NCBI GenBank assembly: GCA_030603385.1
Contig: JAUVXW010000001.1
Span: 1 to 64,000 of the forward strand
Source of the DNA: Promethearchaeota archaeon
GTDB taxonomy: Archaea; Asgardarchaeota; Lokiarchaeia; Sigyniarchaeales; SOKP01
Direction of reading: 5' to 3'
Length of the DNA stretch: 64,000 bases
Shown: positions 28,543-37,189 of the stretch, one piece after another
How the letters are laid out: every line of letters begins with the position of its first letter
How positions within the stretch are numbered: the stretch's first letter is position 1
Notes under the pieces: generated by a model
The model's database searches: none
Seen by the model: the letters and a program-made list of their open reading frames with translations, nothing else
Told to the model about the DNA's origin: nothing
Translations under genes and position numbers: made by a program

Positions 28543-29295
28543 ATGATGACTGAATTTGGTTCGGGATTTAAAGTTTATAGAAATAATACTTATTCTCAAC
28601 TCATTTCAAGTGGAGATAGTACTCTTGATAAGTTGCTCTCTGGGGGATTTCACCGGGACTTAGTCTATTTACTTTATGGAGATAAGAAACTAACAACTAA
28701 TATTTTACTAACGACTTCCGTTATTGTTCAAAAAGCATTTATCAATGGAGGGCTTGGTGAGGGTATTAGAATTGCCTTCATTGATGGAAATAATCGCTTT
28801 AATCCTTATAATGTAAGCAAGTTTGCGGTGTCACAAAACCTATCCCCCCAGAAAGTATTAAAAAACATTCTTATTTCACGAGCGTTTACATGGGATCAAA
28901 TGGTTGAAATTTTGGAGAATAGGCTTTCCATTCTTGAAGATGTGAAAGTTGTGTTAATCTCTGGGATTACAACTCTGTTTGAGGGCTATGAAAAACAGGT
29001 TTTTGAAGATCTGCTAAGAACAATAGATGGAATTAAACAAATGCTCTGGAAAACAAAACCCCTCATTGTTATAACGGCACCTTTACATGAAAATTCTCTT
29101 TTCAGGCCAAAAGGGGGAAAAATTCTCTCGCATTTTGGGAGTGTACTAGTGATGATAAATGATGATGAAAGATACGATGAATATACTCTCGTTCAACATC
29201 CTTATTTGCCTGAAAATCGATTGTTAAAATGGAAGCCACGTACTCCTAAGAAGAAAATTCCTTTAAAAAACGCTACAATAGACTGTTGGTTTTAA
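28543..29295 (+). CDS. Inactivated RadA/RecA-fold protein (PolB2-associated)
   Basis: ISSGDSTLDKLLSGG, AFIDG.N.FNP and NILISRAFT are RadA hallmarks, but the Walker A position reads YGDKKLTT. Confidence 0.85.
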   Translation: MMTEFGSGFKVYRNNTYSQLISSGDSTLDKLLSGGFHRDLVYLLYGDKKLTTNILLTTSVIVQKAFINGGLGEGIRIAFIDGNNRFNPYNVSKFAVSQNLSPQKVLKNILISRAFTWDQMVEILENRLSILEDVKVVLISGITTLFEGYEKQVFEDLLRTIDGIKQMLWKTKPLIVITAPLHENSLFRPKGGKILSHFGSVLVMINDDERYDEYTLVQHPYLPENRLLKWKPRTPKKKIPLKNATIDCWF

Positions 29296-29300
29296 TTATT

Positions 29301-29720
29301 TTATTGTTGCTTTTCTTTCTTTTTGTACATATTAGGGTCCTTTTCTTCCAAAGTTAATTTATCTCCACCATACTGGCTTTTGCGACCTTTATAATAGAGA
29401 GTAGATTCTTCCTCGCAGATTTTATCCCATCCCTCTAATCCTAATTTTTGTATCATTACTGAATTGTAGACTTTAGAATTATGTGGAGCAAAAATCTCAA
29501 AGTTCACAATAGGTTGCAGCATTTCGCAAGGAAAATCACTACATTCATAGCAAAATTCGTGCCCTTTACTTGTAACACATTCATAAGTTTTACATACAGG
29601 GAACTTAAGGATTTGCCCTTTTTTCTCTCGGCATCCCGTACATCCAAAAGATTGCACACCTGGGCATCTCTTACAATAAATTCCACATGGCGCATGCCAA
29701 GTTTTTAAATCTTCTGACAT
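29301..29720 (-). CDS. DUF3795-like Cys-rich protein
   Basis: APCGIYCKRC, CTGCR, C..YEC...KG.EFCYEC.DFPC motifs. Confidence 0.8.
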   Translation of the reverse strand: MSEDLKTWHAPCGIYCKRCPGVQSFGCTGCREKKGQILKFPVCKTYECVTSKGHEFCYECSDFPCEMLQPIVNFEIFAPHNSKVYNSVMIQKLGLEGWDKICEEESTLYYKGRKSQYGGDKLTLEEKDPNMYKKKEKQQ

Positions 29721-29899
29721 ATTCAAAACCAATAATTTGTTTAGTAAGTTTAGATATATACTAAAAATAAAGTTTGTTCTTATTATTTTCTTGTCAATGG
29801 TTTTATGATCAAAAATCAGAAAATTTGTTATGTATTTTCTTTTTAATCAACTGAAACACTTCTTTTCTGGGATTTTACCAAAGATTAGATGTGCAGAAA

Positions 29900-30172
29900 A
29901 TGGGAAGAACAGTTCCTTCTTTTAGACCTGCGTTGGAGCACGAGATTGAAAGTTGGAAAAACTTTAAAAGAGCTCTAAGGCCTGAAGAACAAAAGATATT
30001 TAACACGCTAATGAATTACGCTCGAATTCATGCAGATGCTGGCAGCATGAGCGCACGTCCAATGTTATCAGAAGTATTATTCATCTCCTTTGCAGTTGAA
30101 CAAGAAAAGAGAATTGAAATGCTGGAAGAGAGGGTAAAAGAATTAGAAGAAACGATAAGAGGAAAAGATTAG
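29900..30172 (+). CDS. Small helical PolB2 partner protein (arCOG07300-like)
   Basis: MGRTVPSFR....E...W..FKRALR.E....F..L start; ends 3 nt before polB. Confidence 0.8.
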   Translation: MGRTVPSFRPALEHEIESWKNFKRALRPEEQKIFNTLMNYARIHADAGSMSARPMLSEVLFISFAVEQEKRIEMLEERVKELEETIRGKD

Positions 30173-30175
30173 AGA

Positions 30176-32584
30176 TTGAATTTTCAAGAACAATTTGATG
30201 GGTGGCTTTTAGATGTTTCCACCTATGGTGATGGAGTTATTCTTTGGGTAAAGACAGTAAAAGAACAAAAGGTTGTGAAAATATATCATGACTTCTGCCC
30301 TGAATTTTTTGCTGTACCACGACGGCATGCTGGTAAGGATTTTAAGAGATTAAAACAAATTCTCAAATCTCATCACAATATAAAAGACGTACGAATCTGC
30401 GAAAAATATGTAAAGCTGGAGGAACATGAAAAAACCAAAATATTTGGAGTTTCTGTGGTAAAGCCTTCGGTATTTAAGAAGACAATTAAAGAAATCAATG
30501 AAATTGATCTTTTTACACTATATAACACAGATCTTCCAATCTCTCAGATGTATTTCTATGTAAATGACTTATTTCCCATGTCTTTATGTGGATTCAAGGT
30601 TAAGCTTGAAAAGAAGAAAAAAGCTGATGGACACATTATGCGTTTAATATCGTTAGAATTAAAAGATGACAACGAAGAATTGTTTTATGATTTACCTCCT
30701 CTAAAAGCTGTCTGGTTGGATATTAAAATACAGCAGCATGGAATAAGATCATATTACAACGACCCACTGGCATACGCCGAAGTCAGCATTGTTGAAAAAG
30801 ATGAAAAAGCCAACATTCCAAGGGCAGATGGACAGAGAAAAAGGAAAATTCTGATCGATGAAGCTGATGAGGCGGAAACTATCAAGATGATTAGTAAGGT
30901 GATTGAGAGATTGGATCCCGATATTATTCTCACACATGGAGGAGATGAGTTTGTATTTCCTTACTTGGTTGCACGAGCATCAGTGAATCATGTATCAAAA
31001 GATTTATACTTTTCTCGTACCAGAACGCCACTTAAAAACTGCATTTTTCACCTTTCAGGAAACTCTGATCATTATATGACCTACGGGATAATAATGCGTC
31101 GTTCCAAAACTCAAGTATACCTTACTGGTCGTTTACATTTAGACACTACTACTTATGGGAGTTTGCACTTTAGCGAGGGAAATATACCTGGAGTTATCGA
31201 AGTCGCGAGAATCTCTCGGGTACCTCTACAAAGATTATGTAGGATAACTATTGGTGGTGCTCTTCAATCAATACAATACTATAATGCATATAAACTAGAT
31301 TATCTTATCCCACCTTTTAAGAAGAGTCCAGAAGACTTTCGAAATGGAATGGATCTCATTATCAATGATCGTGGAGGTCATATTTTTGAGCCTATGATCG
31401 GTGTTTTTGATCAGGTGGCAGAACTGGACTTTTCTTCAATGTATCCGTCTCTAATGGCTAAATTTAATATTTCCTCAGAGACGATTAACTGTAAATGTTG
31501 TAAAGATGATGGTACAGGAATTAAGGTCCCTGGCACAAGTTTCCATATCTGTTCTAAGCGAGAAGGAATCATCTCCAAATCCATTAGCTTGCCACTAAGA
31601 AAACGGCTCTATTACAAGGAATACAACAAGACTCATGATGATCTACGGTACAAATTCACTGATATTGCTCTAAAATGGGTACTCGTTGTAAGCTTCGGGT
31701 ATTTAGGCTTCAAAAATGCTCGTTTTGGAAAGATTGAGGCACACCAAACAGTTTGTGCTTTCGCTCGAGAATTCCTCATGCGATCTGCTGAAGTTGCTAA
31801 AAAATATGGATGTAGGGTAGTTCATGGAATTGTTGATTCGATTTATCTACAGGACACAAAAGGAAGAACTCCAGAAGAATTCGAAGTATTAACAAAAAAA
31901 ATTGCCAAAGAAATATCTGAAAGCACTAGCATTCCTATGAGCTGGGATGGGCTTTTCGATATCATTGTATTCCTTCCTTCTCGAGCTGAACCAGATGTTC
32001 CAGCACTCAGTCATTATTGGGGGATAAAAAACGATGGAGAGATTAAGGTGAGGGGTATTGAGGTAAGACGCAGAGACATACCAAAAATTGTAAAGGATGC
32101 TCAGTATGCATTTATTGATATTTTTCAAGGTGCAAAGACTGTTGATGAGTTCGCGAAAAGGATTCCTGAAGCAAAGAAAAAACTCTATGAATACGTAGAA
32201 AGAGTGTATTCCGGTACAGTTACCCGTGAGGATCTTACAATCCGACAGAAGATCTCTCGTAGACCTTCGCAATATAAGGTTAACTCCTATCAAGCTGTTG
32301 CCGCAAGACAATTAGAACGATCTGGTGTTATTGCATCTGCTGGAAAAAACGTTCGATATATAATTCTTAACGCCGATGCAGACCCAGATTTCCCTGAAAA
32401 GAAGGTTATCCTTTCAGATCTATATGATGAAAAAAAGCACAAATACGACAGGAGAAAATATGTTGAATTGTTAAAAAGATCTTTTGAAAACATCCTTCCC
32501 TTCAAATTTCCTGAACTCGAAGAATTATTAAAGTCTGATTATAATAAAAAATCGATTCAAAAAGATCTTTCATGTTTTATATAG
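30176..32584 (+). CDS. polB2: Family B DNA polymerase, PolB2 group
   Basis: Motif A LDFSSMYPS, motif B KWVLVVSFGYLG, variant motif C HGIVDS, KVRGIE.RRRD; exonuclease motifs degenerate (WLDIK, GDEFVFPYL). Confidence 0.9.
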   Translation: MNFQEQFDGWLLDVSTYGDGVILWVKTVKEQKVVKIYHDFCPEFFAVPRRHAGKDFKRLKQILKSHHNIKDVRICEKYVKLEEHEKTKIFGVSVVKPSVFKKTIKEINEIDLFTLYNTDLPISQMYFYVNDLFPMSLCGFKVKLEKKKKADGHIMRLISLELKDDNEELFYDLPPLKAVWLDIKIQQHGIRSYYNDPLAYAEVSIVEKDEKANIPRADGQRKRKILIDEADEAETIKMISKVIERLDPDIILTHGGDEFVFPYLVARASVNHVSKDLYFSRTRTPLKNCIFHLSGNSDHYMTYGIIMRRSKTQVYLTGRLHLDTTTYGSLHFSEGNIPGVIEVARISRVPLQRLCRITIGGALQSIQYYNAYKLDYLIPPFKKSPEDFRNGMDLIINDRGGHIFEPMIGVFDQVAELDFSSMYPSLMAKFNISSETINCKCCKDDGTGIKVPGTSFHICSKREGIISKSISLPLRKRLYYKEYNKTHDDLRYKFTDIALKWVLVVSFGYLGFKNARFGKIEAHQTVCAFAREFLMRSAEVAKKYGCRVVHGIVDSIYLQDTKGRTPEEFEVLTKKIAKEISESTSIPMSWDGLFDIIVFLPSRAEPDVPALSHYWGIKNDGEIKVRGIEVRRRDIPKIVKDAQYAFIDIFQGAKTVDEFAKRIPEAKKKLYEYVERVYSGTVTREDLTIRQKISRRPSQYKVNSYQAVAARQLERSGVIASAGKNVRYIILNADADPDFPEKKVILSDLYDEKKHKYDRRKYVELLKRSFENILPFKFPELEELLKSDYNKKSIQKDLSCFI

Positions 32585-32663
32585 GAGATTGGGAGTTCCG
32601 ACTTAAATAATAGATTTTTTAATGCTACCGACAAAAAAGTATAATAACCCTTTAATAGTTTCA

Positions 32664-32674
32664 TTTAAATATAA
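32664..32674 (+). promoter_or_regulatory. Archaeal TATA box for the putative ncRNA
   Basis: TTTAAATATAA begins about 27 nt upstream of the first helix. Confidence 0.55.
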
Positions 32675-32690
32675 TTCACTCAAATCATAT

Positions 32691-32982
32691 ATTGTTCGCA
32701 TCTAACGGTGTGAAGCAATTCGCATCTCATGTGAATGTCGAGAAGTAGTATTAGCATCTCAATGTGTTGTGCCAATTGAATTACTTTCGAGTAAGACAAA
32801 TTGGAAAAATTGTACTTCCCTCACAGGAAGAAAAATTATATCTTCGGGTATAGAATTGAATAATAGGTTTTCGGATCTGTTATTCAAAACGATTTAATAC
32901 ATTGAAAAACCTATACGAAAGTATGGATTGCTTATACATTGCCGATGAAAACCTTCGGGTTTCATAAGCAGCTTCTCGTCCC
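32691..32982 (+). ncRNA. Large structured non-coding RNA of unknown class
   Basis: At least 11 helices, four UUCG loops, one GAAA and one UAAC loop, many G-U pairs fixing the + strand, nested long-range stems, no ORF of 60 aa or more. Confidence 0.8.
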
Positions 32983-33004
32983 TTTATTCTTTTTACTATT
33001 TTTC
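32983..33004 (+). terminator. U-rich terminator-like tract
   Basis: tttattctttttactatttttc immediately after the closing helix. Confidence 0.45.
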
Positions 33005-33073
33005 TAAAACTTAAGACAAATTATGGTCTATTGGATCGTTTTAATATATTAATAATAAAGAAAAAAAAAGAAT

Positions 33074-33616
33074 TTAGGGAAGTGTAATTACTTCAAAAAA
33101 GTCAAATGTAATTATTATTAAGCAGATTAATTCTATGAAAATCCATAGGTTACGTTTTAGACTTCTAATCGCTCCTAGAGGTTTACCGAAATAGTTTATG
33201 AGATTGTATATGAAGATAACTATCCAAGCAGTCCCCAAAAACGCAATAGGAAGAATTAATGTAACAATTTCACGACCCTCATATTTCAGCAAATATTCAT
33301 AGCCAAGAATTGAAAATCCAATAATCACAAGAGTGAAACCAAGGCCAAATGAATATTCTGCGAAAGTTACAAAACGTTTAATTCGCTCATCATTAACATC
33401 TTCTGAATTGGCTTCAAAACTTGCTTTTGAATTAGCAGATACGGAATTAACAAAGAAGATAAATGAAAGCATTAGTAAGAATGTTGAAGTAACAATACCG
33501 TTATCGGGAGGTAATTGCCAAATTAACGCAAGAATTGTTAATACCGCACCAATCATTACAGTGCTTAATGTTATCCAGTCTTTAACATTTATTTTCTGAC
33601 TTTCTTCACGACTCAT
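33074..33616 (-). CDS. Uncharacterised multi-pass membrane protein
   Basis: About five hydrophobic segments; likely start MSREESQK at 33616. Confidence 0.75.
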   Translation of the reverse strand: MSREESQKINVKDWITLSTVMIGAVLTILALIWQLPPDNGIVTSTFLLMLSFIFFVNSVSANSKASFEANSEDVNDERIKRFVTFAEYSFGLGFTLVIIGFSILGYEYLLKYEGREIVTLILPIAFLGTAWIVIFIYNLINYFGKPLGAIRSLKRNLWIFIELICLIIITFDFFEVITLP

Positions 33617-33723
33617 TTTTATTACCTGAAAACCAAAATGAATTAAACTTACTAAAATCTCAGTATTTAAAAATGTTAATATTGCTTTGGACAAAAAAGA
33701 ATTAAAAAAATTAGATCTACTAA

Positions 33724-34344
33724 TTAAAATGGTTGTCTAATAACAGTTTTCATAGTTGCGAGATTAGCTTTTCTTGGATCACTAAGATAGATTTCATGAT
33801 GTTTAGTTTTAAGACCATCAAATTTACCACCCTCTTTCTGAATGAAATCATGTACCTTTTGAATAGTCGGACCTTCCTCAGAGTATGGTCCTATATGCAT
33901 AATCTGAGCTGCTTTCCCTTCTTTATACTTTTCCAATCGGAGTTTTGGTAGTAATTCCGAAAGTTTGGGCTTTTTCTCTTTAGTAATAGCTATCGCTTCA
34001 TTAATCATATCCTGAGTAATCCAATCAGGTTGCCTTATCATCATCGTCCATTTCCATTTATCTCTATTTCCTTCTGTAAAATCATTCATATCATCTGCAA
34101 ACCAAAGTCCCTCCAAAGGAGGCACTACATAGTCTTTACCCTTAGCTTTACTAAGGAATTTGGTTCTAAACGACACCGGGTAAAGAACCGCGAGAGCATC
34201 CTGGTATTCTTTAGAATCTCCTGGAGAACCCATCCCATCTATCATTAGAAATTGCATTTCTGGAACTTCAATTATTACTGGTTTTTGAGCACTTGGTTGA
34301 TAAAGCTCTTTTTGTGACTTTTTAAAATCAATTTTTACTGGCAT
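33724..34344 (-). CDS. GyrI-like small-molecule-binding domain protein
   Basis: FLMIDG.G.P, VPPLEGLW, MHIGPYSEE and HHEIYLSDP motifs. Confidence 0.88.
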   Translation of the reverse strand: MPVKIDFKKSQKELYQPSAQKPVIIEVPEMQFLMIDGMGSPGDSKEYQDALAVLYPVSFRTKFLSKAKGKDYVVPPLEGLWFADDMNDFTEGNRDKWKWTMMIRQPDWITQDMINEAIAITKEKKPKLSELLPKLRLEKYKEGKAAQIMHIGPYSEEGPTIQKVHDFIQKEGGKFDGLKTKHHEIYLSDPRKANLATMKTVIRQPF

Positions 34345-34459
34345 TTACACCTACACTCTCTTTCAATTTCTTAAGAATCTCTTGGTTGAAATGATTTTGC
34401 AGGACAATTGTTTACATCCAGAGTTGCTGGAACTTCATGACCAAAGCAATCTCCTTTTG

Positions 34460-34696
34460 TTAAATCCCATCTGTATGCTCAATTACATAATCAAGATTTT
34501 TTTTCATAGCAGCTATGGAATCTACTTCTTCACCATCCATAGATCGGTCTGAATGAGAGATCGTACCAAGGCCACCAGCTTCTGTGACCGCTATAGCCAA
34601 TTCTGTTGTTCTATAAGGTCTCATAGGAGCACTTGCGAGGGGGTGCTTAATTCCAAACATTTCAGTAATATTCGTTATTATTGTCAGATATAACAC
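34460..34696 (-). pseudogene. Truncated nitronate monooxygenase / FabK-like flavoenzyme (N-terminal fragment)
   Basis: ITEMFGIKHPLASAPM...ELAIAVTEAGGLGTI is the family N-terminus; stops after 78 codons versus over 300 expected. Confidence 0.8.
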
Positions 34697-34839
34697 CTTC
34701 GATTCTAATTGAATTTGTAACTAAAAAATTTCCTTTTTATTTGTAGTTTTTCTTAATTTAAAAAGTAGCAACTCAAGAAGGAAACGGAAATATGTTCTCT
34801 TTTCCTATAATTACTTCTGTCAAGACAAGACGGTTTATT

Positions 34840-35238
34840 TTAGGGTTTCTCATAGTTTATTTGCAAAAACTCTATAATGTGACCGAAGATGTCAGTTGTA
34901 TCGAAGTAAACAAATTTTGCGGGAGAAATGATCCCTCCTAGAACTTGTTTAAAACCTTTTGAATCCCACTCTTTGATTTTCTCATCAATATTTTCAACTA
35001 GAAATCCTATATGATGAAGGCCCACATTGCCATCCTCTAAAAACTTATAAAATATTGAGTTTCTATCTTGAGGCTCAATCAAATCTATCTGTAGCTTTCC
35101 AATCATGGATCTTGCTACTTTTACTACACCCATATCAATCCGATTAAATTTTTCTATACCAAAAAGATTCTTGAATTGTTTAACTGCTTCTTCACCATTT
35201 TTATACACAAATCCAATATGATGGATCTCACCAAACAT
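34840..35238 (-). CDS. VOC family protein (methylmalonyl-CoA epimerase-like)
   Basis: IHHIGFV, GLHHIGFLV and IIEF motifs. Confidence 0.85.
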   Translation of the reverse strand: MFGEIHHIGFVYKNGEEAVKQFKNLFGIEKFNRIDMGVVKVARSMIGKLQIDLIEPQDRNSIFYKFLEDGNVGLHHIGFLVENIDEKIKEWDSKGFKQVLGGIISPAKFVYFDTTDIFGHIIEFLQINYEKP

Positions 35239-35329
35239 TGATTAAAATCACCCTTTTTACATTTTTTATTAAAAAATAATATATTATTAAAAAATTCTTT
35301 CTTTAGACTTGAAAATTCTCTTTTTATTA

Positions 35330-36541
35330 CTAGAACTGAAAGTCCACTTTTTTTTCAGTTTCTTCCCCAATTGGTTTATTAAATCCTTTATAAATGTCCT
35401 TTTGAATTATGTATTTCATAATTTCATCAGTACCACCACCTATTCGGTGGAGTCTTATATCCCTTAGTAACCGTTCTACTGGATATTTGTTTGTGTAACC
35501 AATACCACCCATAATTTGCAATGCTTCATCACAAATCTTATGTGTACTTGTGACAACAAACAGTTTGCACATAGCACAAAGTGCGGGGTTCTGTGAGTTT
35601 TGGGCTGCTTTTCCGTATAATGCCTTGCCTGCTTCAAAGTTTGCAACCATTTCAGCAATTTTAAAACTTATTCCTTCAAATTCACTTATGGGTTTTTTAA
35701 ACTGTACCCTTTCCTGAGAATATTTAACTGCGATTTCGATTGCTCGTTTAGCTACCGCCAGGGCTTGTAGTGACATAGCCACCCTTTCTGGACCAAGGAA
35801 TTGTTGCATACTTGAAATTGCAGATGTTCTCTTTCGCTGAGATCCTTCGGTTGCGGGTTTTAATTCCCTGTAAAATAAGAGGTTTTCTTTCGGAACTTTT
35901 ACATCTGTAAACTTCAGATGCCCCAGGTTTAAACCGTGAAGTCCCATTAATTTATATTCTTCAAGCATCTCAAATCCCTTAAAATCGGATTCAACAATAA
36001 ATGCTCCGTTTCGCCCGTAAACAACCATTACATCGGCTACAGTACCGTTAGTTATAAATCTTTTTTCACCGTTAAGTATAAAATCACCATCTTCGTCCTT
36101 TCTATAAATAGTTTTCATCCTTGAAAGATCAGATCCTGCATCAGGTTCGGTAAAACAAAAACATCCTTTTTTTTCCCCAGTGATTATAGGTTTAACGTAT
36201 TTCCCGAGAGCCTCTTCTTTTCTAAAAGCTCTTATCAAGCCTGCGGGATAGACGGATGAACCTCGTACCATATCATAAACCAAACTCTCATATGATAATG
36301 CCTCTGATAGTAACATTTCTTGGAAATAAGAACCACCCCTACCTCCCAATTCTTTAGGATACATTAATCCAAGCAAGCCCTTTTTTCCTAAAGGTTCCAA
36401 AACATCCCAAACACTAATTTTACCATCTTCCATATCTTGCGTTTTAGGAGCAACTTCTGATGCAATTAGTCCATCAATCTCATTTTTAAACTCAATATCT
36501 TTTTCACTGAGGAGTTCGAGATCAATTACAATTTTTTTCAT
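35330..36541 (-). CDS. Acyl-CoA dehydrogenase
   Basis: FTEPDAGSD, NGEKRFITNG, RVQFKKPI, QIMGGIGY and GGTDEI motifs. Confidence 0.95.
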   Translation of the reverse strand: MKKIVIDLELLSEKDIEFKNEIDGLIASEVAPKTQDMEDGKISVWDVLEPLGKKGLLGLMYPKELGGRGGSYFQEMLLSEALSYESLVYDMVRGSSVYPAGLIRAFRKEEALGKYVKPIITGEKKGCFCFTEPDAGSDLSRMKTIYRKDEDGDFILNGEKRFITNGTVADVMVVYGRNGAFIVESDFKGFEMLEEYKLMGLHGLNLGHLKFTDVKVPKENLLFYRELKPATEGSQRKRTSAISSMQQFLGPERVAMSLQALAVAKRAIEIAVKYSQERVQFKKPISEFEGISFKIAEMVANFEAGKALYGKAAQNSQNPALCAMCKLFVVTSTHKICDEALQIMGGIGYTNKYPVERLLRDIRLHRIGGGTDEIMKYIIQKDIYKGFNKPIGEETEKKVDFQF

Positions 36542-36556
36542 TTTTCATCAATTTGC

Positions 36557-36814
36557 TTAATTTTCTATAAATAATTTGAATAAACCAAATTTTATAATCT
36601 TTCTCCCATCCACCCACTGAAACATGAATTCACCGGGTTCTAAAATACATTTCTCCTCATTATTTATCAAAGCCATTGTCTTGGTGTTATTGTAAACGAA
36701 ATTTTTTTCTTTTTTCGCTTTTTGAGATTGATTTTTTTTATACCTTGAAGTTTCGATGAGATTTTTGTCGGCAAAAATCCTTCTAAATTGTTCCAGATTT
36801 TTTGTCGGCATCAA
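36557..36814 (-). CDS. Hypothetical small protein (start uncertain, possibly ATG 36676)
   Basis: ORF only; ends 15 nt before the acyl-CoA dehydrogenase start. Confidence 0.35.
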   Translation of the reverse strand: MMPTKNLEQFRRIFADKNLIETSRYKKNQSQKAKKEKNFVYNNTKTMALINNEEKCILEPGEFMFQWVDGRKIIKFGLFKLFIEN

Positions 36815-36960
36815 CTTACAAAACTGTTAATTACGTTCCTTCAGTACGTAATTTTGACAAAATATTCAAAACTAAATATTTAGATTTTTATTAGGTTCTT
36901 GGATATTAGAAAATTATTACACTGTATTGATTTATTTGAATAAACTATCATCTTAAAATT

Positions 36961-37125
36961 ATGTCAAAAGCAGTATCGTATTACGATTGGAAATTATCAT
37001 TTCAAAGAAAAATTGATACCAAAGAGGATGAATTAAATGATAATAAACCGGTTAATACATTAGGTATTTCTGAAAACAATTTTAAAGATTTTATAAAAAA
37101 TTGGAAAGAGAAAAATCTTAATTAA
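36961..37125 (+). CDS. Small hypothetical protein (54 aa), below the ORF-track cut-off
   Basis: ATG-to-TAA frame MSKAVSYYDWKLSFQRKIDTKEDELNDNKPVNTLGISENNFKDFIKNWKEKNLN filling an intergenic gap. Confidence 0.45.
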   Translation: MSKAVSYYDWKLSFQRKIDTKEDELNDNKPVNTLGISENNFKDFIKNWKEKNLN

Positions 37126-37189
37126 ATTGTTAACTTCTTATTTTCTGTTTTTTAGATTTTGATTCACTTATATTATTTCTAAATTATAA

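Noticed and set aside
30749-32505. Minus-strand ORFs within polB2
   Set aside because: Fully overlap a well-supported gene and have no recognisable motifs.
28543-32584. Casposon, provirus or other self-synthesising element around the PolB
   Set aside because: The polymerase is PolB2-like rather than protein-primed; no Cas1, integrase, capsid gene or terminal repeats seen.
32691-32982. Identity as RNase P RNA, SRP RNA, hammerhead ribozyme or SECIS
   Set aside because: No GAGGAAAGUCC-type P4 strand and no SRP helix-8 CAGG/AGCA motif. ccgatga-stem-cataa lacks the CUGANGA/GAAA hammerhead core. No upstream gene has an in-frame UGA.
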